This document shows positions 45,781 to 55,993 of a DNA stretch of 64,000 bases, in pieces (position 1 is the stretch's first letter; every line of letters starts with the position of its first letter). Both the position numbers and the translations under genes were made by a program. The notes below the pieces were generated by a model. It was not told the DNA's origin. It made no database searches and was given only the letters and a program-made list of their open reading frames with translations. Origin of the DNA: an uncultured Candidatus Saccharibacteria bacterium (GTDB taxonomy: Bacteria; Patescibacteriota; Minisyncoccia; UBA6257; UBA9933). The DNA lies in NCBI GenBank assembly GCA_964453135.1, contig CAYVOL010000001.1, positions 88,895 to 152,894 of the forward strand, in the 5' to 3' direction.

Positions 45781-46533
45781 ATGAAATTAATCATTCAAAA
45801 CATCGCAACAGAATATCATGATGAAGGGAAGGGGCAAACTTTATTGTTTCTGCACGGATGGCAGGACAACTCTAATGCTTTTGATTCTTTGATTCCTTTT
45901 CTAAATTCCCGCTTCAAAATAATCAGGGTTGATTTACCGGGATTCGGCAAAAGCGAAGCGCCTCCCGCGATTTGGGAGCTTAATGATTACATCATTTTTG
46001 TAAAAAATTTTATTTCCAAATTAAACCTTGATATTTACGCTTTGGTCGGCCATTCTTTCGGCGGGAGGATTATCATCAAGGGTGCGGCGGAAAAAATTTT
46101 AGATACGGAGAAAATTATTTTGATTTCTTCCGCCGGCATTTCCCAAAACAGCATTCTCCGCAATTTACTGTTTAAAATCTTGGCCAAAGCCGGCGCCTTA
46201 ATCACTTTTATCCCTCCCTTGATTTTTTGGAGGAAAAAATTTCGCGAAACTATGTACCGCGCATTAGGCAGTGATTATTTAGAGGCCGGCGACTTGAAAG
46301 AAACTTATCTAAAAATTATCAAAGAGGATTTGAGTTCCAGCGCCCAAAAAATAACAACGCCCGCGCTTTTAATCTGGGGCGCGGATGACAGAACAACGTC
46401 GCTGAAAGACGGAAAACGTTTGTCGCAGTTAATCCCGAACGCGAAACTGGAAATAATTGACCAAGCCGGACATTTTGTCTGCAAAGAAAAACCGCAAGAG
46501 GTCGCGGAGTTAATTTCTGAATTTCTATCATGA
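45781..46533 (+). CDS. Alpha/beta-fold hydrolase
   Basis: 'LLFLHGWQDNSNAF', nucleophile elbow 'GHSFGG'; 250 aa. Confidence 0.8.
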   Translation: MKLIIQNIATEYHDEGKGQTLLFLHGWQDNSNAFDSLIPFLNSRFKIIRVDLPGFGKSEAPPAIWELNDYIIFVKNFISKLNLDIYALVGHSFGGRIIIKGAAEKILDTEKIILISSAGISQNSILRNLLFKILAKAGALITFIPPLIFWRKKFRETMYRALGSDYLEAGDLKETYLKIIKEDLSSSAQKITTPALLIWGADDRTTSLKDGKRLSQLIPNAKLEIIDQAGHFVCKEKPQEVAELISEFLS

Positions 46534-47954
46534 AAACATGGCTCTCCCGCTATCACCCGCGCTATCCGCGCTCGCTTATCTATATGCTTCAGGCAACCGA
46601 ATACGACATCGCCGATTATTTGCGCTGGTACAAAAGAGTAAAAGATTTTAGATACGTTGAACAAAGGGGCCAACTGAAAAAAACTTCCAAGGCTCTCGCG
46701 CTTTGGGCCGCCGCATGGATGATGCTTCTTGTTTTTTATGCGGTTGCTTTGGAATTTTTGTTGTCTGGCAACGGCGCTGTTAAATATCTGTTTCTTTTTA
46801 TTCTATTGCTCGCGCCGTATTTTCTGGCTTACGCCTTAATTATTCCGCTTTTTGTCATTAGAATTTTTCAATGGCCGATTGAATATTTAATCATAAAAAA
46901 AGCGGCGCGGCGGCTCCATAAAATTAAAGCCGTAAAAATCGCCATAGCGGGAAGTTTTGGCAAAACAAGCATGCGCGAAATTATTAAAGTTGTCTTATCG
47001 GAAAAGAAAAAGGTTGCCGCTCCCCCTCACAGCTACAATACGCCGCTAGGCATAAGCAAATTTGTCCAAGAATTAAAAGGCGACGAGGAGGTTTTAATTT
47101 TTGAATTAGGAGAATATTACCCGGGCGATGTCAGAAGATTATGCGAGATTGTTAATCCCGACATCGGTATTATCACCGGCGTCAACGAAGCGCATTTATC
47201 AAAATTTAAAAGTTTGGAGAAAACCGCTCAAACGATTTTTGAACTGGCACGGTATTCCAAAGCCAAACCGATTTACGTAAATGGAGAAAACGAACTCGGC
47301 CGGAAAAACGCCTTGCCTGAGCATATTTTATACAGCCGGAAAGACGCGGGGAAATGGAAAGTAGAAAATCCGCAAACTGATTTGGAAGGAACTTCATTTG
47401 TTCTCAAAAAAGAGGATTTAGAATTAGCGGTCCAATCAAAACTTTTAGGCCTGCATCAGGTTGGGCCGTTAGCTGTTAGCGCTGACATTGCTTTGACTCT
47501 TGGACTTTCGCCTCAAGAAATCAAAAGCGGCATTGCCAAAACCAAAGCCTTTGACCATCGCTTGGAGCCGAAAATAGACAGCGGCGGAGTGATTACTCTG
47601 GACGACAGCTACAACGGCAATCCGGACGGCGTCAAAGCGGTGATTGAATTTTTGGGGTCGCTGAAAAATCACCGCAGATTTTACGTAACCCCGGGCTTGG
47701 TGGAGATGGGCGCGCGGACAGAAGAAATTCACAAAGAAATCGGCAAAGAACTGGCTCAAGCCGGCATTGAAAAAATTGTTTTAATCAAAAATTCCGTCAC
47801 GCCTTCCATCGCCGATGGACTGCGAGAAGCAAACTACGGAGGAGAAATTTTATGGTTTGACGACGCGCTCTCCGCTTTCGCCGCCCTGCCGCATCTTACA
47901 ATAAAAGACGACGTGGTTCTTCTCCAAAACGACTGGCCGGATCAATATCAATAG
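46530..47954 (+). CDS. murF: Mur ligase family protein (MurF-like UDP-MurNAc-peptide D-Ala-D-Ala adding enzyme) with an unusual N-terminal segment of two TM helices
   Basis: 'IAIAGSFGKTSMREI' P-loop, Mur ligase central and C-terminal domains; N-terminal TM helices 'ALALWAAAWMMLLVFYAVAL' and 'YLFLFILLLAPYFLAYALIIPLFVI'. Confidence 0.75.
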   Translation: MKTWLSRYHPRYPRSLIYMLQATEYDIADYLRWYKRVKDFRYVEQRGQLKKTSKALALWAAAWMMLLVFYAVALEFLLSGNGAVKYLFLFILLLAPYFLAYALIIPLFVIRIFQWPIEYLIIKKAARRLHKIKAVKIAIAGSFGKTSMREIIKVVLSEKKKVAAPPHSYNTPLGISKFVQELKGDEEVLIFELGEYYPGDVRRLCEIVNPDIGIITGVNEAHLSKFKSLEKTAQTIFELARYSKAKPIYVNGENELGRKNALPEHILYSRKDAGKWKVENPQTDLEGTSFVLKKEDLELAVQSKLLGLHQVGPLAVSADIALTLGLSPQEIKSGIAKTKAFDHRLEPKIDSGGVITLDDSYNGNPDGVKAVIEFLGSLKNHRRFYVTPGLVEMGARTEEIHKEIGKELAQAGIEKIVLIKNSVTPSIADGLREANYGGEILWFDDALSAFAALPHLTIKDDVVLLQNDWPDQYQ

Positions 47955-48040
47955 GCTTGACTTAAACTCTCGTTTATAGTATTTCATAATCAGCACTGAC
48001 ACAACGTTTACAGCAACTTCTCACATAAGGAGGAAATGAA

Positions 48041-48343
48041 ATGAAATTCCAACTGACGGGGAAAATTATCTGGTCTGTAGGATCCTGCCATGAGGACAGG
48101 AGAATGACAATCCGGGAGGAATTTGAAGCGCCAAATATAAAGATGGCCATTGAGAAGGCCAAGAACATTGTTCAAACACATCACGAGAAATTTTGTCATT
48201 CAACTGACTATGGGCTTACCGCTGAGCTTCGCACAATCTCTCCCGTATGGATAACATTTTTCTGCGGCGACCAGCCCGCTATTCCCGCGCAGCCAGCGCG
48301 CTCCGCTATAGCGGCGCACTTCCAAGAAGAACGGCTGGCATAG
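48041..48343 (+). CDS. Small hypothetical protein (100 aa) with a strong SD (AAGGAGGAAATGAAATG)
   Basis: ORF track; SD; followed by a canonical terminator. Confidence 0.4.
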   Translation: MKFQLTGKIIWSVGSCHEDRRMTIREEFEAPNIKMAIEKAKNIVQTHHEKFCHSTDYGLTAELRTISPVWITFFCGDQPAIPAQPARSAIAAHFQEERLA

Positions 48344-48371
48344 AAAGGGGGCAAAATAATAAATGATATAC

Positions 48372-48411
48372 AGCCGGGCAGGTTAATTCCTCGACCCGGC
48401 TCTTGTTTTTT
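48372..48411 (+). terminator. Rho-independent terminator (stem AGCCGGG/CCCGGCT followed by CTTGTTTTTT)
   Basis: Hairpin plus U-tract read from the sequence. Confidence 0.6.
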
Positions 48412-48452
48412 ATATTGTAGTTATCCGACAAGTATTTTAGAATAAAATCAAT

Positions 48453-49601
48453 ATGAAAAAGACCATCGCGGTTATTTTCGGCGGCAGGAGCGTGGAACAC
48501 GACATTTCCATCATCACCGCGCATATTCCAATCATTCAATCGCTTTTAGCCGGCGGGCAATTTGACGTCTGGCCAGTTTACATTGCCAAAAATGATTCAT
48601 GGTACTGCGACAAGGCAATGAACGATTTGGAATTTTTCAAACAAAACGATTTTGCGGAAAAACTAAAAAAGCAAAAAAAAATCCTGATTCTGTTTGATGA
48701 CGGACTAAAAATTATCTGGCCGGGACTTGTGCCGAAAACATTAAAAATAGATGCTGTCTTTCCGGCCATGCACGGCACTTTCGGAGAAGACGGCAGTTTG
48801 ATGGGATTATTGAGGATGGCGAACGCGCCTTTTGTTGGATGCGACTTATCCGCTTCCGCGGTGGCGATGGATAAAGTTTTAACCAAACAAGTGTTGGAAG
48901 CGGAAAAAATTCCGGTCGTGCCTTATGTTTGGCTTGCCAAAACCGATTGGGAAAATAATAAAGAAGAGCTGAAAGAAAAAATAGGGAAATTAACTTGGCC
49001 GCTGTTTGTAAAACCGGCGCATCTTGGCTCCAGCATTGCCATTGCCAAAGTAAAAAACGAGCAAGAGCTGGAAAACGCGGTGGAAGTCGCCTTTCATTAT
49101 GACGACAAAGTCCTCGCGGAGGAAAGCGTGGAAAATTTGATTGAAATAACGCTTCCCATTATGGGAAACGACGAACTGCGCTTCGGCGGGCTGGAAAGGC
49201 CGCTCAATAAAACAGAATTTTTTAATTTTGACGACAAATATTTATCAGGAAAGAAAAAAACCGGCGGAGTGAATTCGCAGTACAGCGAAATTCCGGCAAA
49301 AATCGGCGAGGAGTTGGCGCAACAGGCAAAAGATTTGGGCGAAAAAGTTTACCGCGTTTTAGGATGTTCGGGCATAGCGCGCGTTGATTTTTTAATTGAC
49401 AGATCCATTGACAACGGCTCGGGGAAAATTTACGTCAACGAAGTTAATACTTTGCCGGGAAGTTTGTATCACCACAACTGGCGGAAAATGGGGGTTTCCA
49501 ATGTAGAGCTGGTGAACAAATTAGTCGCATTAGCGGAAGAACGTTTTGCGGAGAAAAAAAAGATAACCTATAGCTTTAAGTCAAAGCTGCTGGGATTATA
49601 A
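48453..49601 (+). CDS. ddl: D-alanine--D-alanine ligase
   Basis: 'IAVIFGGRSVEHDIS', 'HGTFGEDGSLMGLL', ATP-grasp 'GSSIAIAKV'; C-terminal 'NEVNTLPG'. Confidence 0.9.
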   Translation: MKKTIAVIFGGRSVEHDISIITAHIPIIQSLLAGGQFDVWPVYIAKNDSWYCDKAMNDLEFFKQNDFAEKLKKQKKILILFDDGLKIIWPGLVPKTLKIDAVFPAMHGTFGEDGSLMGLLRMANAPFVGCDLSASAVAMDKVLTKQVLEAEKIPVVPYVWLAKTDWENNKEELKEKIGKLTWPLFVKPAHLGSSIAIAKVKNEQELENAVEVAFHYDDKVLAEESVENLIEITLPIMGNDELRFGGLERPLNKTEFFNFDDKYLSGKKKTGGVNSQYSEIPAKIGEELAQQAKDLGEKVYRVLGCSGIARVDFLIDRSIDNGSGKIYVNEVNTLPGSLYHHNWRKMGVSNVELVNKLVALAEERFAEKKKITYSFKSKLLGL

Positions 49602-49724
49602 TTTACCTCGCCGTCTGCCATTGCGGGCACCCATTAGCGGCGCGCGGCAATCTGACGAAATCTGACTCGGCGCGAGCCATCGCCAAAATTTGACGAACGG
49701 GCTAAATTGCCTTAAATTTTTTCT

Positions 49725-51011
49725 ATGAACACCTTTGATAAAAAAATAATCCTCCTGATAGTTTTGGCGGCAATAAGCGGAGGAATTATCGGTTCTTTAG
49801 TCTCCGCTTCGCCAGCAAGCGCCAGCATCTGGGATGACTTACAGAACAGTCTTAATAACCTTTTCAATCCTTCTGCAAACCAGCCGAGTTCGCAATCCAA
49901 TTCCCCTGCTGCCAATTTGAAAACAGAAAAAGCAGCGCCCTATAGCCCCACTATTGATTACGAAGAGGCGGTAGTGGGAGCAGTGGAAAAATCATCGCCT
50001 TCCGTGGTTTCCATTATTATTTCCAAAAATGTTCCTGTTTTGGAACAATGCCCTTACAATCCTTTTTCTAATCTGCCGCCGGAGTTCCAGCAGTTTTTCG
50101 GCGGCGGGAGCGTTCAATTTTACCAGCCCTGTCAGAAAGGAACAAAAAAACAGGAAATCGGCGGCGGTTCAGGATTTATAATTTCCTCTGATGGAATGAT
50201 TTTAACCAATAAGCACGTGGTATTTGACAAAGACGCCGACTACACCGTTTTGACCAATGACGGGAAAAAATATCCGGCAAAAGTTCTGGCGCAAGACGCG
50301 GCGCTTGACTTGGCTATTGTGAAAATAAACGCCGGCGGATTACCCACTCTTACTTTGGGCAATTCTGATTCAGTGCGGCTGGGACAAACCGCCATTGCTA
50401 TTGGCAACGCCTTGGGAGAATTCCGCAACACGGTTTCCGCGGGCGTTATTTCCGGTCTTGCCCGCAACATTACCGCCAGCGGCGGAGGCGTGATGGAAAA
50501 AATAGAGGGCGTGCTTCAGACGGACGCGGCCATTAACGAAGGAAATTCCGGCGGGCCTCTGCTTAACCTCAAAGGAGAAGTTATCGGCATAAATGTAGCA
50601 ATGGTTTCCGGAGCGCAAAATATCGGCTTTGCCATTCCCATAAACCAAGCCAAGCGGGCCATTGAATCGGTGAAAAAAACCGGCAAAATAAGTTCCCCCT
50701 TTCTCGGAGTGCGCTACTTGGATATTTCCTCTGATCTGGCGGAAAAAGAAAAGCTGCCCATTGATTACGGCGCATTGGTAAGAGGCGGAGAAGACGGCCC
50801 GGCAGTGGTGAGAGATTCGCCGGCTTATTCCGCGGGAATAAAAGCGGAAGATATTATTCTGGAAGTGAACGGCGGAAAAATAGACCAAAGCCGTTCATTA
50901 AGTTTCTATCTCCAAAAGTACAACTCCGGCGATTCCGTTGTTTTAAAAATTTTGCGTGACGGGAAAAAAATGGAACTTAAAGTAAAATTGGGAGAAAGGC
51001 CGCAGCAGTAA
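49725..51011 (+). CDS. htrA: Trypsin-like serine protease of the HtrA/DegP (S1C) family with a C-terminal PDZ domain
   Basis: 'GSGFIISSDGMILTNKHVV', 'DLAIVKI', 'GNSGGPLLN'; a PDZ-like C-terminus. Confidence 0.85.
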   Translation: MNTFDKKIILLIVLAAISGGIIGSLVSASPASASIWDDLQNSLNNLFNPSANQPSSQSNSPAANLKTEKAAPYSPTIDYEEAVVGAVEKSSPSVVSIIISKNVPVLEQCPYNPFSNLPPEFQQFFGGGSVQFYQPCQKGTKKQEIGGGSGFIISSDGMILTNKHVVFDKDADYTVLTNDGKKYPAKVLAQDAALDLAIVKINAGGLPTLTLGNSDSVRLGQTAIAIGNALGEFRNTVSAGVISGLARNITASGGGVMEKIEGVLQTDAAINEGNSGGPLLNLKGEVIGINVAMVSGAQNIGFAIPINQAKRAIESVKKTGKISSPFLGVRYLDISSDLAEKEKLPIDYGALVRGGEDGPAVVRDSPAYSAGIKAEDIILEVNGGKIDQSRSLSFYLQKYNSGDSVVLKILRDGKKMELKVKLGERPQQ

Positions 51012-51019
51012 AATAAATC

Positions 51020-51095
51020 GTATATCTTGTAACTTGTAGCGCGTGACGCGAGAAATATTTATCGCGCCACACGATACACGTTGCGCCACACGTTT
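51020..51095 (+). promoter_or_regulatory. Candidate regulatory region upstream of clpB: tandem CTTGTA-A-CTTGTA, the palindrome CGCGTGACGCG, and the direct repeat GCGCCACACG twice (51064-51073 and 51083-51092)
   Basis: Repeats read directly from the sequence. No CIRCE or CtsR consensus is present. Confidence 0.3.
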
Positions 51096-51104
51096 TACGA
51101 ACCT

Positions 51105-53777
51105 ATGAACAACTTCAATAAATTCACAATCAAAGCGCAGGAGGCCCTGCATAACGCGCAGGAACTGGCGGCGCGGGAAAATCACGGCGAGCTTAAAACA
51201 CTTCATCTTTTGTTTACCCTGTTAGGCGACAGCGCTACTCTCGTTAAACCGGTAATAGCCAAAGCCGGCATAGCGGCGGAAGCATTAAAGGAAGCGGTCT
51301 TGGAAGAATTGAAAAAAGAACCGAAGCTTCTTTCCGGCTCCATGCCCCAGCTTTATCTTTCCCAGGAACTGATGATGACTTTGGATCGCTCCGCTCACAT
51401 CGCCCAACAGCAGAAAGACGAATTTATTTCCTGCGAACACATGCTCTTGGCAATGCTGGAACTGGAAAATTCGCGAGCCGGACAACTCTTGAAACAATTT
51501 GGATTGCAAAGAGAAGCGGCGGTGAGAATTTTAGCGCAGCTGCGAGGCTCAACGCGCATCACCGACGAATCGCCGGAAACCAAATTCCAGGTTTTAGAAA
51601 AATACGCCATTAACTTAACGGAACAAGCGCGGCAAGGAAAATTGGACCCGGTCATCGGCCGCGAAGAAGAACTGCGCCGCTTGATGCAAGTTTTAAGCCG
51701 GCGCACGAAAAATAATCCGGTTCTTATCGGCGAGCCGGGCGTGGGCAAAACAGCAGTAGTGGAAGGACTGGCTCAGAAAATTATTTCCGGAGACGTGCCG
51801 GAAACATTAAAAGGAAAAGAGATCGTGATGCTTGATTTAGGTTCGCTCATCGCCGGCGCGAGATTCCGTGGAGAATTTGAGGACCGCTTAAAAGCGTTCA
51901 TTAAAGAAATTCAAAATTCGCAAGGCAAAATCATTCTTTTCATTGACGAAATTCATATGATCGTGGGGGCGGGAGCGGCTGAGGGAGCGGTGGACGCTTC
52001 CAATATGTTGAAGCCCCCATTGGCTCGCGGCGAGCTTCGGGCCATTGGCGCCACCACCATCGCGGAATACCAGAGATACATTGAAAAAGATATGGCTCTG
52101 GAAAGAAGATTCCAGCCGATCATGGTGGAAGAGCCGAATTTAGAAGACAGCGTCGCTATTTTAAGAGGACTGAAAGAAAAATACGAAATTCATCACGGAG
52201 TTCACATCGGAGACGAAGCGATTGTGGCGGCGGTTAATTTGTCCGCCCGGTATTTAACCAGCCGTTTTTTACCGGACAAAGCTATTGACTTGGTGGACGA
52301 AGCGGCCGCGGCGCGCCATTTAGAATCGGAAAGTCTGCCCAAAGAAATAGATAAAATCCGCCAGGAAATTATCCGCAAGGAAATAGAAAAGTCCGCTTTA
52401 GCGAACGAGAAAGCAGATAAGGTTAAAAGCCGCCTTAAAACTTTGGAAAAAGAAATCACCCAGCTGAAAGAAAAAAACGACGAGTTAAGTTCGCGCTGGC
52501 ACGCGGAAAAACTCACTTTTGAAGATTATCATAATTTGAAAAAGAAAATTGAGGATTTGAAACGGCAGTCGGAACTAGCGGAAAGAGATGGCAACTTGGA
52601 AAAGGTGGCGCGGATTTTATACGGCGAGCTTCCGCAGGCGGAGAAAGATTTGAAAATTTTTGAAAAGAAATTTGTCGGAAGAAAAACCAAGACAATGGCG
52701 AAAAAAGAGAAGGGCGATAAAGAAACTTTCGTTCAGCCGCGCTTTATCAAAGAAGTGGTGGACGAAGAAGACATCGCCGAAGTGGTTTCCCGCTGGACCG
52801 GCATTCCGGTGTCTAAAATGCTGGAAAGCGAAGCGCAAAAATTAATCCACATTGAAGATGTTTTGAGCGGACGCGTCATCGGCCAGGAAGAAGCCATTAA
52901 AGCAGTGGGCTATGCTTTAAGGCGGGCGCGCACCGGACTAACTGACGAAAACCGGCCCATGGCTTCGTTTATGTTTTTAGGCCCCACGGGCGTGGGCAAA
53001 ACCGAATTAGCCAAGGCATTGGCGGAATTTATGTTCAACGACGAAAAATCCCTTATCCGCATTGATATGTCGGAATATATGGAGAAACATTCGGTGGCGC
53101 GCTTAATCGGCGCTCCCCCGGGATACGTGGGATACGAAGAAGGCGGCAAACTGACGGAAACAGTGCGGCATCGTCCGTATAGTTTGGTTTTGTTTGACGA
53201 AATTGAAAAGGCTCATCCGGAAGTTTTCAATATCCTGCTTCAAGTCTTGGACAACGGGCGCTTAACCGACGGCAAGGGTAAAACCGTCAATTTCAGAAAC
53301 TCCGTCATTATTCTAACTTCCAATGTGGGCAGCCATTATTTCCGGGAAATGTCCCGCATCGGCCTCGTAGGCTCGGAAAAATACGAGGAAACCACCGAGG
53401 ATTTCAAAGACAAAGTGAGGGAATCTCTGCGGGAAACTTTCCGTCCGGAATTTTTAAATCGCCTTGACGAAATTATTATTTTCAATCCACTTACCAAAAA
53501 AGAAATTGAAAAAATAGTGGACAGCCAGCTGGAAGAATTCAAGGAGAAATTAAAAGAGCGCCGTTTAAGCATCATGATTGACCCGTCGGTCAAAAATTAC
53601 ATCGTAGAAAACGGCTTTGATCCGGACTACGGCGCCCGTCCCATTAGAAGAATGATCCAAAAAACCATTCTCAATCCTCTGGCGGACAAAATCATCAAGG
53701 GCGAATTCAACAATGCTAAAAAAATTAAAATCTCTCTTAAGAATTCAGACGTTAACATTGTGGCCGTTAATTCTTAA
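51105..53777 (+). CDS. clpB: ATP-dependent chaperone ClpB (start placed at the [11 protein letters not shown] rather than the upstream TTG)
   Basis: Two AAA+ modules ('GEPGVGKT', 'GPTGVGKT'), a long coiled-coil middle domain, and a ClpB-type N-terminal domain. Confidence 0.9.
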   Translation: MNNFNKFTIKAQEALHNAQELAARENHGELKTLHLLFTLLGDSATLVKPVIAKAGIAAEALKEAVLEELKKEPKLLSGSMPQLYLSQELMMTLDRSAHIAQQQKDEFISCEHMLLAMLELENSRAGQLLKQFGLQREAAVRILAQLRGSTRITDESPETKFQVLEKYAINLTEQARQGKLDPVIGREEELRRLMQVLSRRTKNNPVLIGEPGVGKTAVVEGLAQKIISGDVPETLKGKEIVMLDLGSLIAGARFRGEFEDRLKAFIKEIQNSQGKIILFIDEIHMIVGAGAAEGAVDASNMLKPPLARGELRAIGATTIAEYQRYIEKDMALERRFQPIMVEEPNLEDSVAILRGLKEKYEIHHGVHIGDEAIVAAVNLSARYLTSRFLPDKAIDLVDEAAAARHLESESLPKEIDKIRQEIIRKEIEKSALANEKADKVKSRLKTLEKEITQLKEKNDELSSRWHAEKLTFEDYHNLKKKIEDLKRQSELAERDGNLEKVARILYGELPQAEKDLKIFEKKFVGRKTKTMAKKEKGDKETFVQPRFIKEVVDEEDIAEVVSRWTGIPVSKMLESEAQKLIHIEDVLSGRVIGQEEAIKAVGYALRRARTGLTDENRPMASFMFLGPTGVGKTELAKALAEFMFNDEKSLIRIDMSEYMEKHSVARLIGAPPGYVGYEEGGKLTETVRHRPYSLVLFDEIEKAHPEVFNILLQVLDNGRLTDGKGKTVNFRNSVIILTSNVGSHYFREMSRIGLVGSEKYEETTEDFKDKVRESLRETFRPEFLNRLDEIIIFNPLTKKEIEKIVDSQLEEFKEKLKERRLSIMIDPSVKNYIVENGFDPDYGARPIRRMIQKTILNPLADKIIKGEFNNAKKIKISLKNSDVNIVAVNS

Positions 53778-54519
53778 GAGTTTTTTGTGGGGGATTCTCT
53801 TGGGTTTGTTTTCCTGGCAGGGAGGAATTTTCTGGCTCTCGCTGTTTTTAGCAACCTCTTTTTATCTTTACTTCATTAAGCCGGTAGAGCGAGGCAAGTT
53901 TTTGTATTCTTTTTTAATTTTGGTTTTTTACGCTCCGATAGTGATTAAATTTTTGGGCGATTTTTACCCCCGCGTCATTCCGAACGCTCCGCAGGAAGGA
54001 GCGGGAATTTATTTATCGGCTATAGCCGTTGCCGGCTTTTCCCTGCTGTGGTTTTTTCTCTTGGGGAGCAAAGAACTTCTGTTTATCCGCCGAGGAGAAA
54101 TTTTTAATTTCATCAGCGGCTTGCTTTATTTTTTAATTGCCGCGGTTTACTTCGCGGCCGTCGCCAATCCGCCGTCTTCCGCTATTTTTCTTTTTTATTT
54201 TCTGGCGACAGCGCTGGCTTTTTATTTTCTTTCCCGGGAAATTTTCCGGTTCTATTTTCCCGATTTATCTCCCGCAAGAAACGTTCTCTTTGCTTCGGTT
54301 CTATCTTTTCTGATTTCAGAGATTCTGATACTGACGCCTTTTTTGCCCATCGGGTTTCTTAATTCAGCCATTTTAATTATTCTGGCGATTTTTATTCTGG
54401 AAGATTTAATTTTTTACCATTTGCGCGGCAAATTAGACTTCCGCATTATTGCCAATAATGTTATCATTTTAATTGCGGGGATTTTCTTCATATTTTTAAC
54501 TTTGAACCGCAGTTTGTAA
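53713..54519 (+). CDS. Polytopic membrane protein, hypothetical. It overlaps the clpB 3' end by 64 nt, so the true start is probably a downstream TTG/GTG.
   Basis: ORF track; eight or more hydrophobic helices. Confidence 0.4.
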   Translation: MLKKLKSLLRIQTLTLWPLILKSFLWGILLGLFSWQGGIFWLSLFLATSFYLYFIKPVERGKFLYSFLILVFYAPIVIKFLGDFYPRVIPNAPQEGAGIYLSAIAVAGFSLLWFFLLGSKELLFIRRGEIFNFISGLLYFLIAAVYFAAVANPPSSAIFLFYFLATALAFYFLSREIFRFYFPDLSPARNVLFASVLSFLISEILILTPFLPIGFLNSAILIILAIFILEDLIFYHLRGKLDFRIIANNVIILIAGIFFIFLTLNRSL

Positions 54520-54567
54520 ATCATCGCGGAGCGCGCGATAACGCAAAACTTAAATTTATAACGCACC

Positions 54568-55956
54568 ATGCTGAAACTAACTTTTTACGGAGGAGTGGAA
54601 GGGGAAGTAACCGGCTCCAATTACGTTTTGGAATACCAATCTCCCGATTCTAAAAAAATCAGCCGCCTTATGATTGACTGCGGCTTGACCCAGGGAGGAA
54701 GCCAGACGGATAAGCGCAATTTTGAGCCGTTTCCTTATGATATTACTTCCATTGACGCGGTGCTTATCACCCACGCCCATATTGACCACATCGGCCGCCT
54801 TCCCAAATTAGCGAAAGACGGCTACAAAAAACCGATATACTCCACCGGCCCCACCAAAGACACGGCGGAACAGCTTTTAATTGACGCGGAACATCTCTTG
54901 CGAAAAGAAGCGGAAGAAAAAAACATAGCCCCTCTTTTCGGCCTTGATGACATCAACAACTGCCTAAAATTGTGGAGAAAGATCGGTTACCACGAAAAGT
55001 TTTCCATCAACGATTTCACGATAGAATTTTTTGACGCCGGCCATATTTTGGGCTCGGCTTTTATAAAAGTTTCCGCGCCGGAGCCGGAAAACAAAACGAT
55101 TGTTTTTTCCGGCGATCTGGGAAACACGCCTGTTCCTTTGGTGAAAGACACGGAAAAACTCCCTTCGACCGATTATCTGGTAATTGAGTCAACTTACGGC
55201 AACCGCGTTCACGAAAATCCGCTGGAACGGAAAAACAGACTGGAAGACATCATTGAAAACGCGGTGGAAGCCAACGGGACGCTTCTTATTCCCGCTTTCG
55301 CCATGGAAAGAACACAAGAAATTTTGTACGAATTAAACGATCTGGCGGAGCATAAACGGATTCCGCCTATTTCCATTTTCGTGGACAGCCCTTTAGCCAT
55401 TAAATTGACTGGCATTTACCAAAAATATTACCAGGACCCCGATTATATGGATGGCGAAACAATCGCTTTGGCGAAAAAAGGAAATGAAATTTTCAATTTC
55501 CCCCGCTTGAAATTTACCCTAACCACCGAGGCGTCAAAAGAAATAAACGGGGCGCCTCCGCCTAAAATCATCATTGCCGGCTCGGGAATGTCCCACGGCG
55601 GCCGCATCCTTCACCATGAGCTCCGCTATTTGCCTGACCAGAGAAATACGCTTTTGTTCATCGGCTATCAGTCAGCGGGAACTTTGGGAAGAAAAATTTT
55701 AGATGGCGCCCAGTCTGTCAGAATTTTTGGAGAGACAATTCCGGTGCGTTGCCGCATTGAAAGAATTTCCGGCTATTCCGCTCACGCAGACCAGCCCCTG
55801 CTTTTAAAATGGGTGGCGGGCGCCAAAGATTCCTTGAAAAACGTTTTTGTCGTACAGGGCGAGCGCGAGGAAGCCGCGTCTTTGGCGGGAAAAATCAGCG
55901 ACGAGTTTGCTGTTAAAACAACGCTCCCCCGCCAAAAAGAAAGTTTTGTGTTATAA
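54568..55956 (+). CDS. Beta-CASP family MBL-fold ribonuclease (RNase J / CPSF-like)
   Basis: 'LITHAHIDHIGRLP' MBL motif 2, 'FDAGHILGSA', beta-CASP region, C-terminal 'SGHADQ'. Confidence 0.75.
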   Translation: MLKLTFYGGVEGEVTGSNYVLEYQSPDSKKISRLMIDCGLTQGGSQTDKRNFEPFPYDITSIDAVLITHAHIDHIGRLPKLAKDGYKKPIYSTGPTKDTAEQLLIDAEHLLRKEAEEKNIAPLFGLDDINNCLKLWRKIGYHEKFSINDFTIEFFDAGHILGSAFIKVSAPEPENKTIVFSGDLGNTPVPLVKDTEKLPSTDYLVIESTYGNRVHENPLERKNRLEDIIENAVEANGTLLIPAFAMERTQEILYELNDLAEHKRIPPISIFVDSPLAIKLTGIYQKYYQDPDYMDGETIALAKKGNEIFNFPRLKFTLTTEASKEINGAPPPKIIIAGSGMSHGGRILHHELRYLPDQRNTLLFIGYQSAGTLGRKILDGAQSVRIFGETIPVRCRIERISGYSAHADQPLLLKWVAGAKDSLKNVFVVQGEREEAASLAGKISDEFAVKTTLPRQKESFVL

Positions 55957-55993
55957 TTAAGTTTCAAGTTCTAGGTTTCAAGATTCAAGTAAT

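Noticed and set aside
51081-51104. TTG start of clpB at 51081 (MRHTFYEP...)
   Set aside because: The ATG at 51105 gives the canonical ClpB N-terminus ([15 protein letters not shown]), and the upstream codons lie within the repeat-rich putative operator.
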